DNA from: Seison nebaliae
Taxonomy: Eukaryota
Length of the DNA stretch: 64,000 nt
Direction: 5' to 3'
Assembly (NCBI GenBank): GCA_023231475.1
Contig: JALJEE010002328.1
Coordinates: 62,001 to 126,000 of the forward strand
The position numbers and the translations under genes are program-made. Below the pieces are notes generated by a model. It was not told the origin of the DNA and made no database searches. It was given only the letters and a program-made list of their open reading frames with translations. This document shows, one piece after another, positions 26,226 to 38,100 of this stretch (positions within the stretch are counted from its first letter, which is position 1; the number at the start of each line of letters is the position of its first letter).

Positions 26226-28337
26226 ATGACAGAGATTTCCGCCGATTCGATCGATTGGCGGACTCAGTTGGTGGAACAAGTGAAAAAGCGTAATAAACGA
26301 GAACAATTCGTACCTGATGTCATTAGTCAATGTTATCTTTTCTAATCGTTTTCTTCTTGAACTTTTTTCGTTTTAAAGTATCGAAATTATTCGACAACAA
26401 CATTTATTTGAGAAGTCGAATAATGTGTCTTGATTCGACAGTGGAACAGTTGAGATTGGAGAGAGAACATGCGAGAACAATGCTTCCGAATAATTCGCAT
26501 GAAACTTTAAAATATGAAGCAATCGAATCGAAGTTGAATGAATATGGTTCCGACTTAATCAAAGCTCAAAAGAAGTCGAATGATGTTTATTATTTACTGT
26601 TTTTCTTCTTTTTCTTATTCATCTTCATTCCTCATTATAATGAATAGATGGCATTACAAATTATTTCATTAACAACCACAAATAATAATCAGAATGAAAC
26701 GATAAAAGAGAAAGATAAACAAATATCTTCTTTGGAAAATGATTTGAAAATTCTCTTAAAAGAAAAAACACAATTAATAATAAAAATGACTGAAACGAAT
26801 GAGAAGTTTCAATTATCGGAAGATGAACGATTAAGTTGTGCAATTCAAGTCAATTCTTTGAAAGAGAAATGTCAACAATTATCAGAAGACAAACAAATTC
26901 TTTTGAGGAAGATTCAGACATCACAAGAACAAATTGCTGAATTGTGTGATAAGGAGAGTCAACGACATAAAAAAGAAGTGATTGATAAATATGCAGAAGA
27001 GAATCGACAATTGGCTGACGATAATATTTCATTAGATCCAAAGTTATTTCAATTAATTTTTCTTCTTTTTTATAATTTCTTCCATGAAGACAAGATGAGA
27101 AACCTATGCCGATTACGACGGAAGTTATTCTTCCGAAACGAACGATAAATGATTGGGTTTATATTTCCAGTGATTGTGTTTAATAGTAAAAAAAAATGTC
27201 GAATAAAGGTTGCTCATGATGGCAGTGTTGTTTGCTTAAAATATCATCCAAATGGTTCGTTGTTGAGTAGTGGAGGTGTCGATAGAAAATTGAAAGTTTG
27301 GGGATCGGATGGAACCCCAGTCAATACGATGAGCGAAAGTAACGCTACTGTTTCTGCCGTCGATTTCGAACATTATGTTTAGTGTCTTTGAAATTGTGAC
27401 GTGATTGTTTGTGATTTTATAGAATAGTTTATTGTTAGGTACCTCCAATGATTTCAGTTGTCGAGTTTATAAGAATTACGAAAACAAACCGAAAGTTTTC
27501 TTCAATAGCATTATCTTATCAATTTAATTTGATTTCGATATATAGTTACAGGTTACATTTACTGGTCATACAAATAAGATTACGACAGCCAAATTCGTCC
27601 ACGGTCTCTACCCCAAAGTAGTGAGTGGTGGATTTGACCGCACCATAAGAGTTTGGGATGTCGAAACTAAAAATCGTTTAATTCTTTCAGAATTGATTTC
27701 TTCTAATTTCTTCATCTCTCAAAAAAAAGTTGAAAGAACGATTTATGCTAATTCGAGTGTTCATGATTTGGTGGTAATGAATGAGGGTTCGGTAAACAAC
27801 AAAAATCCAAATGGATCATCCGTTCTCCTATTGTCTGCACATTTCGATAAGAAAATCAGATTATTCGATCTTAGAAACAAAGCGACAAGTAATCGAAGTA
27901 GTGGCAGTTGGATCAATAGTGGAATATCATCGTCTTTTGATAACGATTCAACGAACAATGCTCAATGTGAAATTGCATTACCAGATAAAATAACGTCTCT
28001 GAATATTGCTCCTGATATGAATACGTTACTGGCATCATCACGTGCTGATGCCATACATCTGATTGATTTAAGAATGAATCGCGTCTTATGGACATCAGCA
28101 AACGATGATTTTCGAATAGTTTATGATTTTACTCGATCTGCATTTAGTCCTAACGCCGAATATGGTGCTTGTGGTAGTGCAGACGGTAAATTATTTATTT
28201 GGGATATGAAAACATGTAAATTGGTAAGTCGACTAAAAAGTCGATATGATAAACCGCTTGTCGCTGTCCAATGGCATCCTGATGGTCATACAATCGCCGG
28301 ATCGGATTTTGAAAAACATATTATTCTCTGGCAATAA
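26226..28337 (+). CDS. ATG16L: Autophagy protein ATG16L (ATG5-binding helix, coiled coil, WD40 propeller), ~8 exons
   Basis: N-terminal WRTQLVEQVKKRNKREQ resembles ATG16L1 WKRHISEQLRRRDRLQ. A coiled coil is followed by AHDGSVVCLKYHPNGSLLSSGGVDRKLKVW, GHTNKITTAKF, SGGFDRTIRVWD, SAHFDKKIRLFDLR and AFSPNAEYGACGSADGKLFIWD. Introns: 26332-26378, 26585-26647, 27043-27089, 27157-27208, 27377-27422, 27495-27551, 27676-27729. Confidence 0.92.
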
Positions 28338-28831
28338 CGTTCCAAAGAATAACGGTTTAATTTCGCGCTCTATAAAATTTCTACTCTTCATCTCATGTCA
28401 ATGAAAATTTCTGGAAAGGAAATTTTTCACTTTTCTAGTTATAAATTTAATAAATTTATTCAAGTTCATTGAAATTATAAAATTTTCAGATTTAAATAAA
28501 AATAGAAATTTATTTAGTAAAAGACAAATTAAATTTTATAAAATAAAAGAAAAGACTGTTGTTGTTATTTGTGATATGACATTATGATCTTCTCGATTTC
28601 TTTAAGATAAAGATTGGTTTGATAATATGATAAAATGTTGAGTGGAAGTGTGGAGAAGATTGGTGAGAATGTCATATATTCAAATTTAAGTTAATTCAGT
28701 AAAATTTTTTAGAAAGAAAATGTTATGTCGTATGGAGGTAATTGTGTGTGAGGAAAATGTTGAAAGAAAAATATTAGGAAATTTTTTGAAATTTGAATTT
28801 TATTTCTCATCCATTTGATTCCCATTGAATA

Positions 28832-31800
28832 TTATGATGATTTATCAGTTGAATAACCTTCATCTGATGCAGATCGAACTGTTTGTGATGTTCCTATTTT
28901 CACCACATTCGAATTAGCAATAAAAGTAGAGTTAGTTGTTAAACGTCTATCCTCCTTTTCGGGATGTTCATTCAGTTCGTTGGTAGTTGAACCAACGGGA
29001 TTCTTCTTCGACAATCGCATTGAATTTCGTAAGCGAACATACGATTTCTTCAAACGAGAATTTCTTAAGAAAAATCGTGGAATGTTCGAATTTTCATCAT
29101 TCTCTTCATCGTTGGGTAATTTCCCTTTCACATTATTCTCCGTATCAGTATGAGACCAAGATATACCATTCGTTCTCATTTGACGATTAGCTACTGCGTA
29201 AAATTTTCGGTTATGTTTTATCGATTCATCAAATGGTTCAATTGTTTTGAGCATCATTTCCGGTTTTTTTCGTATTGTATCTTCCGTAGTCGTTGAAACT
29301 GATATTTCTGTTGAGATTGGTACTGATGATGACGACGATGATGATGATGATAATGATGATGCTGGCTGATTGTCAATTCCGTTTGTTCGAACATTGTTCT
29401 GATTAAACGAGTTTCCCTTATTTAATGTAGTTGGATCATTATGGAAATTGGGTCTATTTGAAGAAATTCCATTTTTTTTTGTTTGTTTCGGTTCTCTTAG
29501 AGAGAATGAGAAACGCCATTTTAATGACGATTTCGATTTCAAATTCAGTTTCTTCTCAGTTTGAATTGATTCATCTTTCATCTCTTTTTTCATTAGAAGT
29601 AATCTGTTCAATTCAGAATTCTCTTCATCTATTTTCAGATGTTCGTCATTCATTGAAGGTAACAACGATATTCGTCGCATATTGGTATAGTTGTTGGATG
29701 TATAAGAATTGATTCCTCCGTAAGAAATATTCGACAGTTTTCTTGTTACTCGTTCATCAGTTTTCGCTAAGGTTCCTATACTAATATCATCAGGTTTAGA
29801 AGGTGATCTGGTTGATTGATAAGAAATGATTGTTGGATTGTTGAATGGTCTTGAATTGATTGAGGAAGATGTGGAAGACGGAGACGATTCGTCATTTGAT
29901 GAGAAACATGTCACTGATGATGTCATATATTCATTTAATTGTTGTCGATTCCGATCTAATGAATGCTCATCATGAATGATGAGTGATTTCTGTAATAAAC
30001 TCGAATTAATTTTTGGTCGGTCATTAAATTTCACTTGACTATGATAAGCTCTGTCAACGAAAGAATATTGACGATAATTAAAGTTTTTTTGGAGAGTATT
30101 TGTTCCATCGATTGTCAACGGTTTCGGCATGTCATGTCGCGTTAATGTATTGATTGATCGATTAGTTGGCAATTTATTTGATTTTACTTTCCCTGAGAAT
30201 TTCTCTTTTATAAAAAGTTTTTCCTTTTTATTTAATTTATTCATTGAACGGTTCTTTCTTTTTCCACTCATCTCATCATTCTTCGATGTTTGATCGTTTA
30301 ATAAGATGTCACTTAATTGTTGACGAAGCCAAATTGGCGGTGTCGTTTCATTGGAAATATCTAACAATTGTTGATCAGTTCGATTTTTTTGAAAAACTGA
30401 ATGAACAACAGAACTTTTCAACTTATTCTTATTCTCATTCTCTTCATTATAATCGGGACGATAATCCCAACTGTAGCACGTACATTCACTACCACAATTG
30501 GATTGTCGATCGATTTCAATTTCCGGTTTCTGATCAATCTTCATTTCATTAACTGGTGTTTTAACTATACTATTCACTTTCATTGTTGGTCGAATAATTG
30601 AATTGATATTCTTATATTTAATTTCATCATTCATGTTCTCATTGTTCACTGGTGACATTGAATCGTCTTCTTCGATAAATAAACAAGATGTTGTTAACAA
30701 AGAATTGTTCCGATTAACAATGTTCTTCCGATTCTTGCTGTTCGTATTCATGAAATTTTTAGTTTTGTTACACTTGTTTTTCTTGTTGTCTGATGATATC
30801 AAATTATCTTTATATCGATTTTCACCGTCATATTTCGGATAATTGGCAAATGAACGATTGACTGCTGAATGATTACCATAAAGTTTCAATGGACGTATAT
30901 TTTCTGTTTTTCGCTCTTGAATTGGAACGGAATTTTCCTTCTGGAAAGAATGATCATATTTGAATTTATTTGAAAAGATTGAATTACGTCCTTGGAATTG
31001 CGTAGTTATATTTGATAAGGAAGGTCGTCTCTTATTTGTTGTGGCAGTTGTAACGTTCTGCCGTGACGTCGTAGTTGGTTGATAGAAAGAGAATTGAGTT
31101 TTATTATTAATAGAAGATTCTATTTGAGGAGGTCGATGTTGATGAAAGTGGTGCTGACGCACTTGATAAAAATTATTCCGCAATGTTTTCTGCTGGTACT
31201 CTTTTTGTTGTCGTTCGTCTTGACGATATGGTTGATGACGCTCTGAGAAAGATTCGCACATTCTTAAATTTTTCGGTAATTTTGGAGGTCGTTGTCGCTG
31301 TTCTTGTTCCTTTACAGACGAGAACATCTCAGAATTTTGATGACTATGATACTGAATTTGTTCTTTTTGTCGTGGTCGATGTTGTTGTGATGTTTGTCGT
31401 TGTTGTTGTTGCTGATGGTAATGGTTGTGAGGAGGTTGATCTTTCTGATAATTGGGATGTTTGTTATGAGATGACTTATTATGTTGTTGAGTTGAGAGAT
31501 ATTTTTCTGTCATATTCGTTCCGATCGACCTGTCGCATTGATGACTGTTCATCATGTAATCGACGTTATTTGGAAGCAATTTACTAGTTGAGTGATTTTC
31601 ATTAATTGTTTTCCGATTGATGAATTTCATTCGATAAATATCATCAACATTCACTGATTCATATAACGACGATTTTGGTTGTGTCACTTTAAGTGAAGTT
31701 AGTTCAGTCATCGGATATCTATCGAGTGCGTATAATAAATCGTCACTAGATCTTGTTCTGTTGATCGATACAGAGGAAGATGATGATGATAGAGATGAGA

Positions 31801-32179
31801 TTGATCTTATTGTTAACAATGTTGACAATGACGAATTTGACGATGTTAATGATGACGACGAGGTCAATGATGAGACAGATGCTGATCTATTTTCAAATTG
31901 AATCGAATGTGGACGTTTACGTGAACGATTCTTTTCATTAATGATTTTTTGAATTATCAATCGATCATCGTACCAATTATCGATTCGTTTCTTCGTTTCT
32001 GGTGTGACATTCGGCGATTGGAATATGGAACTGTAGTTTTTGAATGAATTATCGGAAGACGAATTTGAAAATGAATTGTTAAGTAGACATTGCTTCTCAA
32101 ATAAAATAGTACCATTCACTCGGATAAATTCTTTTTCTATTCCAAATGGTTGTGGAATTAACTGATAATGTTCCTTATT
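28832..32179 (-). CDS. Large terminal exon of an unknown low-complexity (S/N/Q-rich) protein, >1100 aa
   Basis: 3.3-kb uninterrupted frame extending upstream of the listed ORF to an acceptor (AAATAG|AATAAG, exon start 32179). Upstream exons unresolved; no domain recognised. Confidence 0.7.
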   Translation of the reverse strand, partial: NKEHYQLIPQPFGIEKEFIRVNGTILFEKQCLLNNSFSNSSSDNSFKNYSSIFQSPNVTPETKKRIDNWYDDRLIIQKIINEKNRSRKRPHSIQFENRSASVSSLTSSSSLTSSNSSLSTLLTIRSISSLSSSSSSVSINRTRSSDDLLYALDRYPMTELTSLKVTQPKSSLYESVNVDDIYRMKFINRKTINENHSTSKLLPNNVDYMMNSHQCDRSIGTNMTEKYLSTQQHNKSSHNKHPNYQKDQPPHNHYHQQQQQRQTSQQHRPRQKEQIQYHSHQNSEMFSSVKEQEQRQRPPKLPKNLRMCESFSERHQPYRQDERQQKEYQQKTLRNNFYQVRQHHFHQHRPPQIESSINNKTQFSFYQPTTTSRQNVTTATTNKRRPSLSNITTQFQGRNSIFSNKFKYDHSFQKENSVPIQERKTENIRPLKLYGNHSAVNRSFANYPKYDGENRYKDNLISSDNKKNKCNKTKNFMNTNSKNRKNIVNRNNSLLTTSCLFIEEDDSMSPVNNENMNDEIKYKNINSIIRPTMKVNSIVKTPVNEMKIDQKPEIEIDRQSNCGSECTCYSWDYRPDYNEENENKNKLKSSVVHSVFQKNRTDQQLLDISNETTPPIWLRQQLSDILLNDQTSKNDEMSGKRKNRSMNKLNKKEKLFIKEKFSGKVKSNKLPTNRSINTLTRHDMPKPLTIDGTNTLQKNFNYRQYSFVDRAYHSQVKFNDRPKINSSLLQKSLIIHDEHSLDRNRQQLNEYMTSSVTCFSSNDESSPSSTSSSINSRPFNNPTIISYQSTRSPSKPDDISIGTLAKTDERVTRKLSNISYGGINSYTSNNYTNMRRISLLPSMNDEHLKIDEENSELNRLLLMKKEMKDESIQTEKKLNLKSKSSLKWRFSFSLREPKQTKKNGISSNRPNFHNDPTTLNKGNSFNQNNVRTNGIDNQPASSLSSSSSSSSSVPISTEISVSTTTEDTIRKKPEMMLKTIEPFDESIKHNRKFYAVANRQMRTNGISWSHTDTENNVKGKLPNDEENDENSNIPRFFLRNSRLKKSYVRLRNSMRLSKKNPVGSTTNELNEHPEKEDRRLTTNSTFIANSNVVKIGTSQTVRSASDEGYSTDKSS

Positions 32180-35100
32180 CTATTTCAATTGTAATATAAA
32201 GAAGAAGATTATTATTAATAAATATTTTCCCATTAAAAAAGCAAAGATGATGGAATAATATTGTTCATATTGTAATATCATTATCTGCAATCATGTCTTC
32301 ATTATTACTCCTTTAATCAAACTAACTGATCTATTAATAATAGAGAAATCTTATACTAACCCCTAATATATAGTTTAATAATTTAATATTATGATATTCG
32401 TCATTTTATGCAGGAAAATATCATATTAGAATAACAATATTCTATAAATACTCATCGACATGAAATTGGAGGAATAAATAGAATTAAGGGAAATGCTTCC
32501 GATATGATTAAGTAATTTTCATATAAAAACTTTTCTCAACGGAATTCAATGACTATAATTGAATTGACCGCATTACTCTTATACGCCACATTTGTTAGAA
32601 AGAATAAAGAACCGGAGTAATATTCGTTAAGAAGGCGAAAGGTCGTCTTATTCATTCAATGAACTGCATAAGCTGCATACAAAAATTAGTTGACATACTT
32701 CACTTGTTGTATATAATAATGGTAGTAATGGTAATATTAGTAACCCCATAGTCTCCTCATTCATTCACTACAATAATAATTGTATTGATAGTACAATTGA
32801 GAATTATGTTTGTTAAGGCATCATAAGTAGTATGAGGATGATGGTAACGATAGTGAAAATTCGTCTGTATTCCTCTTTCGCTCTTGATGAATTTGATTGA
32901 ATAGAATAGCAAACACTATGACAATAATTAGAAATCCTAATTAAATTTTCGCATATCATTCTTTTTCTATCTTTGAACATTCATTTTTTTCTTTATATGA
33001 ATCGCTCGATGAGTTATGATACACTTAACATATGATGAAATCTTCGTCAACATATTTTCAATTACTTAAAATGACTCAACTTTCGATGAGTTATGTCTTA
33101 AAAAATTTATCTCTCATTGATAATAAATGAATACGATTAACGAGTTATTTTAATTTAAACTTTTATAATCTTTTACTCAATCGACCTAAAAAAATATTTT
33201 AATAGAAAATTATCTTCTGAAAATTATTCAATGAAATATGGATATGAAATATAAACTAAATGGATAATATAAAGTAACATAAAATCGTTAGATAATTATT
33301 ATATAGTAAGTACATAGTAGTATTAGTTCCTGGGAATAGTTTAAATTTTAAAACTATCAATATTTAATAAATTTTTATAAACATTTCCTTGAAATAATTT
33401 ATCTAGTCAATTGTTAGGAAAAGAGGGTTAATGAAGGAACGAATAACTTTCCATTATAAATCTGATAATATTCTTATGTTATAATGTTATAATTTTGAAC
33501 AATACGTGAATTGTGTACGTATTAGTATTCACTTTTATTGAATCGATAATAAACAATTTTGACAAATAATGTGTTTCATTTAACAAAAAAACTCAAACGA
33601 CCGCACTGTGATTCACGAAAGAATAGGTCATCTTATCTGTCAATCATTTGTGCTTCTTATTCGTTCACTTAATATATCCACCCATCTTTGATCCATAAGA
33701 CTCTTATCAATTCTCTTATTTTAATCGATTGCGGATTTAAATGAGAAAAAATTCTCACTATGTTGAATAGAATCGATTATGCATAAGAAAATATTTAGTA
33801 TAGTTCATTGTTCCTTTCGGAATATTCCAACAAGAATAATATTACAAAAAAAGAAGGAAATGAATATGGAATGAAACGGAACTGTTAAACAGCATTCTTT
33901 CACCCAAATTTAGAAATGTTGATCAATGGACGATTAGGAGACTCGACAGTTGGGAAACTCGACAATTGGAAGATTCGATAATTTCAATACTTTAAATAGT
34001 TCATCAATTTTTCCTGAGACCAAATTCATGACCAAATTCTCCAGTCTGTCAATTGTCTCTCCTCCAGAAATGTGACTAACTTCTTTTGTTTCTCCTTTGT
34101 TAATCTTTAAGTGTGCACAAAGTAAGAGATACGAAGAGAATGAGTAAATGAGAAATGCGATCAATCTGGATGGAACAAATTCCTTTAAAATTAGAATAAA
34201 TGATGCGGAAAATAGAAACTATATGCTTCACATCAATTTGCGGAAATTTACGAACAGATGTTCATATTGAACTGGACAACATAATAAGAAGTAAGCAATC
34301 AGCTGCGATGTGCCCATAAATTACGAATAAAATTATATTCGCTTCAATTAAAACTACGATTGTTTATCTAACTACTCAGATGTCGAGTGCATTAAGTCTG
34401 GTGGAATATTTCATTCATTATTGTGATCGACTTACTCAGGATCATGCGACAATTCGGATACACTAAATTATATTAATAATATTCATATTATTTTGCTTTA
34501 TGATTATCTTAATTGCTTTTTAAACAATTTAATTCTTTGTTTTGTTAAAGTTAAGATATATCAAAAACATAGGATAACTTTAAAAATAATCAGTTTTACA
34601 TAAATTGTTTGAGAAAACGATTGTATTTCTATGGAAAACCTCTATTTTCATGAATTTCCTTTTTAAACTTAAAAGTCAAAAACTTAAAACAAAATCATTA
34701 ATTGGTAATATTGAAATAAAATTAACAAAGTAAAAGGAAGTGATATAGAATTATTGTCATAATTGAATTATTTAATATTTATAATTCAACTATATAAAAC
34801 CTAAATAAATAATAATACTTGTAAATAAATACTCTAATAATATGCCTAAAATTACGTTATTTCAGAAGTATAGGCATATCAAACGATTGGAGCATAATTC
34901 TTCTCAACGGTTATTGGAATAGAGTCATTCGTCGTCATAAATTTGAATTTTGTTAAACCTTAAATTTGTCATCTATCTTCAGGAGTTATTGTAAGCTTAA
35001 AAACTTTTCCTAAATTAATCATATTATAGTCCGTCGATAGAAGATAATAGAAACCGTAAACAGAAGGATTTTTTTCGTATCATGATTACTTATACGAAAT

Positions 35101-38100
35101 ATTGAGCAAACGGAGAATTTTATGCATAAAAAAGAGATGCGGTTTGTTTATTATAGCGACTATATTATAATTTTCTACAAAATATTAGAGAATTTCACTG
35201 CTAAACAGTTGGATGGACAGAAAGAATGAGAATAGGGAAGTATGCTCAATTTTCACAAAGATTACTGGAACCTAAATACTATTAAATAAAGGCTTCCGCC
35301 ACTATATGATCAACTGAATGAACTGATTATAAGGTGTAAATGTGTATTTGCGTAAGTGTCGACACTGGTAATACACTTGATGAATCGTATGATGTTATCT
35401 CACAACTTCTAATATGAAAAAACATTTATCATTTATGACCAAGAAAACAAATGAAGTAGATAAGTAAATCTTTTTTCCACAAACAAATCGATGATATATA
35501 TTAGATATTATATATGCATAATTAAATGAATATAAAGAAATATAGTATGTCTGTTCTTAAGGTAACATTAAGGAAGATAATTTTATGATTATCTCGATTA
35601 CAATTAAAAAAAAGGAACTAGTTTAAGAAGAATTCTACTTATTTTTCTCGCATTTTATTTATAAACAAAACCGAGAAATATATATAAATATTATTTACTT
35701 ATTTTGTCCACAATTGTTTACCATGCTACGTAAGTCGTCTGATCTGCTTAGAGGTAGTTGTAGCATATTTACTCATGATTATCCACATAATTGGTGAACA
35801 ATCTCTTACAGGAACATTTGGTGTAAGAAATCGTTTCCGATTAAAGGAAAATTGATCAATTGGACGGATATACACAATTATACCAATTGTTTTTCTTTTT
35901 GTCTACGAAACTTTATCGGTTAATTAGATTTTGTACAAACTAGTCAGCTTGTCCAGGTTCGACTATAAAAGAGTGTCCTCGTTCTTTGTTGTTGAAGAGA
36001 ATAAATCAGAAACTTCTTTTTTCTCTCTTCTCTTCTCATTTTCAAATAATTATTTAAGGGAACGATTTTTCGTTAAAAAAAACTGTAATTTCTCCTTTAG
36101 TATGACGGACCTTACTAATGTTTAGCCAAGTTAGTTCGCTAGCTTAATTATTCTATAGCCTATTCCAACTATCGACTCTTTCTTTTATTATGTTGGTTAA
36201 GTTTCCATTTAACTCCTCTTCATCATCATCAGTCTCTTCTTAAAAAACGAATGATATAGTATAAAATATTATCTAATTCTGTTGTTGGTGATGACAAGAG
36301 AATGACGATAATCATGATGGTAGTAAGAATATCGAATAGATATGAGATATTATACAAAGAAAAATTGGATTCGATGTCTACATATTGTCATCAAAAAAAA
36401 TTATGTCATATTAACCAGGACCAAAAAAAGTAACAACAACATCCAAAAAATGATAAATTGTCGATAATGAATATTACATAATTTGTGAAAGGAGAACAAA
36501 TGTGTCTTTTGGGAAACGTGCGTTTCATTGTCTTCCATTACTCAAGAATATTCATTCTGTCTAAATTCATAATTGTTCTTCAGATATCATGGTATATTAG
36601 AACGGGTAATAATCATAGGATGATCATCGATATATATATCTATTATATTATATATCATTATTATTATATCTTTTATATATATATAAAACTTTTTCTATAT
36701 GATGAATTGGATACCTCTCGATTTCGTTCGCTAAAAAATGGACTAATTGATGTTGTAGTTATTGTATTGATTGTGAGAAGAAAGTAGATAGTATACAACT
36801 AAATTATTCGTTACGAACATAATCAAAATGATGGAAAACAAGACTAACATCCAAAATAAAGTGCTACTTGACTTGTTCGAAGAGGAAATAACGAAAAATA
36901 TATAATTGAAACAATCCGATGATGGAGAGATACATAACAATTTGGAATTCTTCACATTCCTCTTGTAAATATTCTCTCTTTCGACTTTCGTCCAAACTTG
37001 AACGACCGAAATTAATTTTACGAAATTGTTTTGCAGTTACTTCGAATAAGAAAAAAATAATATGAATAAAATGTTCTTGAATAAAGGAAGCCCGGTGCGA
37101 TTATGTCAAACTCGTCTGTTCATAGAATCCCGGAAGGAAATCACTTTTTGGACGAATTCTTCCTACTCTTTCTTTTTGGAGGATTAATCAGTCATATTTT
37201 GGAGTGAAGTTTATTCATATTTCTAAATTTCGGAGAGGAATTCACTCGTATTTTGAAATTTAGGAAAGGAAATTCGTTGTGACATTTCTAAAGCTAAAAC
37301 ATCTAAAACCATCTGAAAATGACCGACTTTAATTGGGCTGTAGGAATATGTCATCTTTAGAAGCTTAAGAATAATTAACCAAAGCATCTTTTGGTAAATA
37401 ATCTTCAAATATTGATTTGGGATTTAACGGCAAAATTCTTAACCAAAGTGAACTTAAAAGTGATTTCCTGTCCGAAATTCAAACAAAGTTTGAATGAATT
37501 ACTCTCCGAATTTAGAGTGAATTCTTCTCCCAAAAAAGAAATAGAGTGGTCGACAACACCGAATAATTTCCATTCCTAAACCTCATTTACTTGTACAACA
37601 CCAAATGTTCGAACATGGGTGTCAGTTTTACATCCTCATCTATCAAAAAATTTAATGTGAGTAAAGAAAAAAGTAATGAAATCGATGTTGATATAATGTC
37701 CGATGACGATTATCGATAAGAACAAATTAAATGGATATGATGTAACCATAAAGTTGATGCATGAATAAAAAGACAGTTTTATGGAAAGTCGATTAATAAC
37801 GTCAATTTCATCTTCCATATCATACCGGAAATCATATCGCAATTTAATCTTCTTTCCAATCAATAAATCCACTTCCTTCATAAACTTATTCATAAATAAT
37901 AATATTGAACCAATTAATTAATTTTTTCTTTTGATTGAAAAAAAAAAGATTGATCAGGTGGAATTATTTCAAATGAACTTCATTTGATTTTATATGGTGA
38001 AGAAAAATAATTTGAAAAAAAACTTTCAATTGAAAAAATGTTCACAAGTGAACAAATAATAGGTAGGTAGTGTGAGATGCATTTGAAGTATATTGTGAGA

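Noticed and set aside
27676..27729. 18-aa insertion in an ATG16L WD40 blade as read in the ORF track
   Set aside because: Better explained as a 54-nt in-frame GTT..AAG intron than as a protein feature.
33934..34164. Possible internal exon (INKGETKEVSHISGGETIDRLENL..) of the 28.8-32.2 kb gene
   Set aside because: Could not build a consistent splice path to the acceptor at 32180, and there is no recognisable domain.
37576..37581. Apparent 6-nt GTTTAG micro-intron that would remove an in-frame stop on the minus strand
   Set aside because: Far too short for spliceosomal removal, the surrounding frame has other stops, and there is no recognisable protein.
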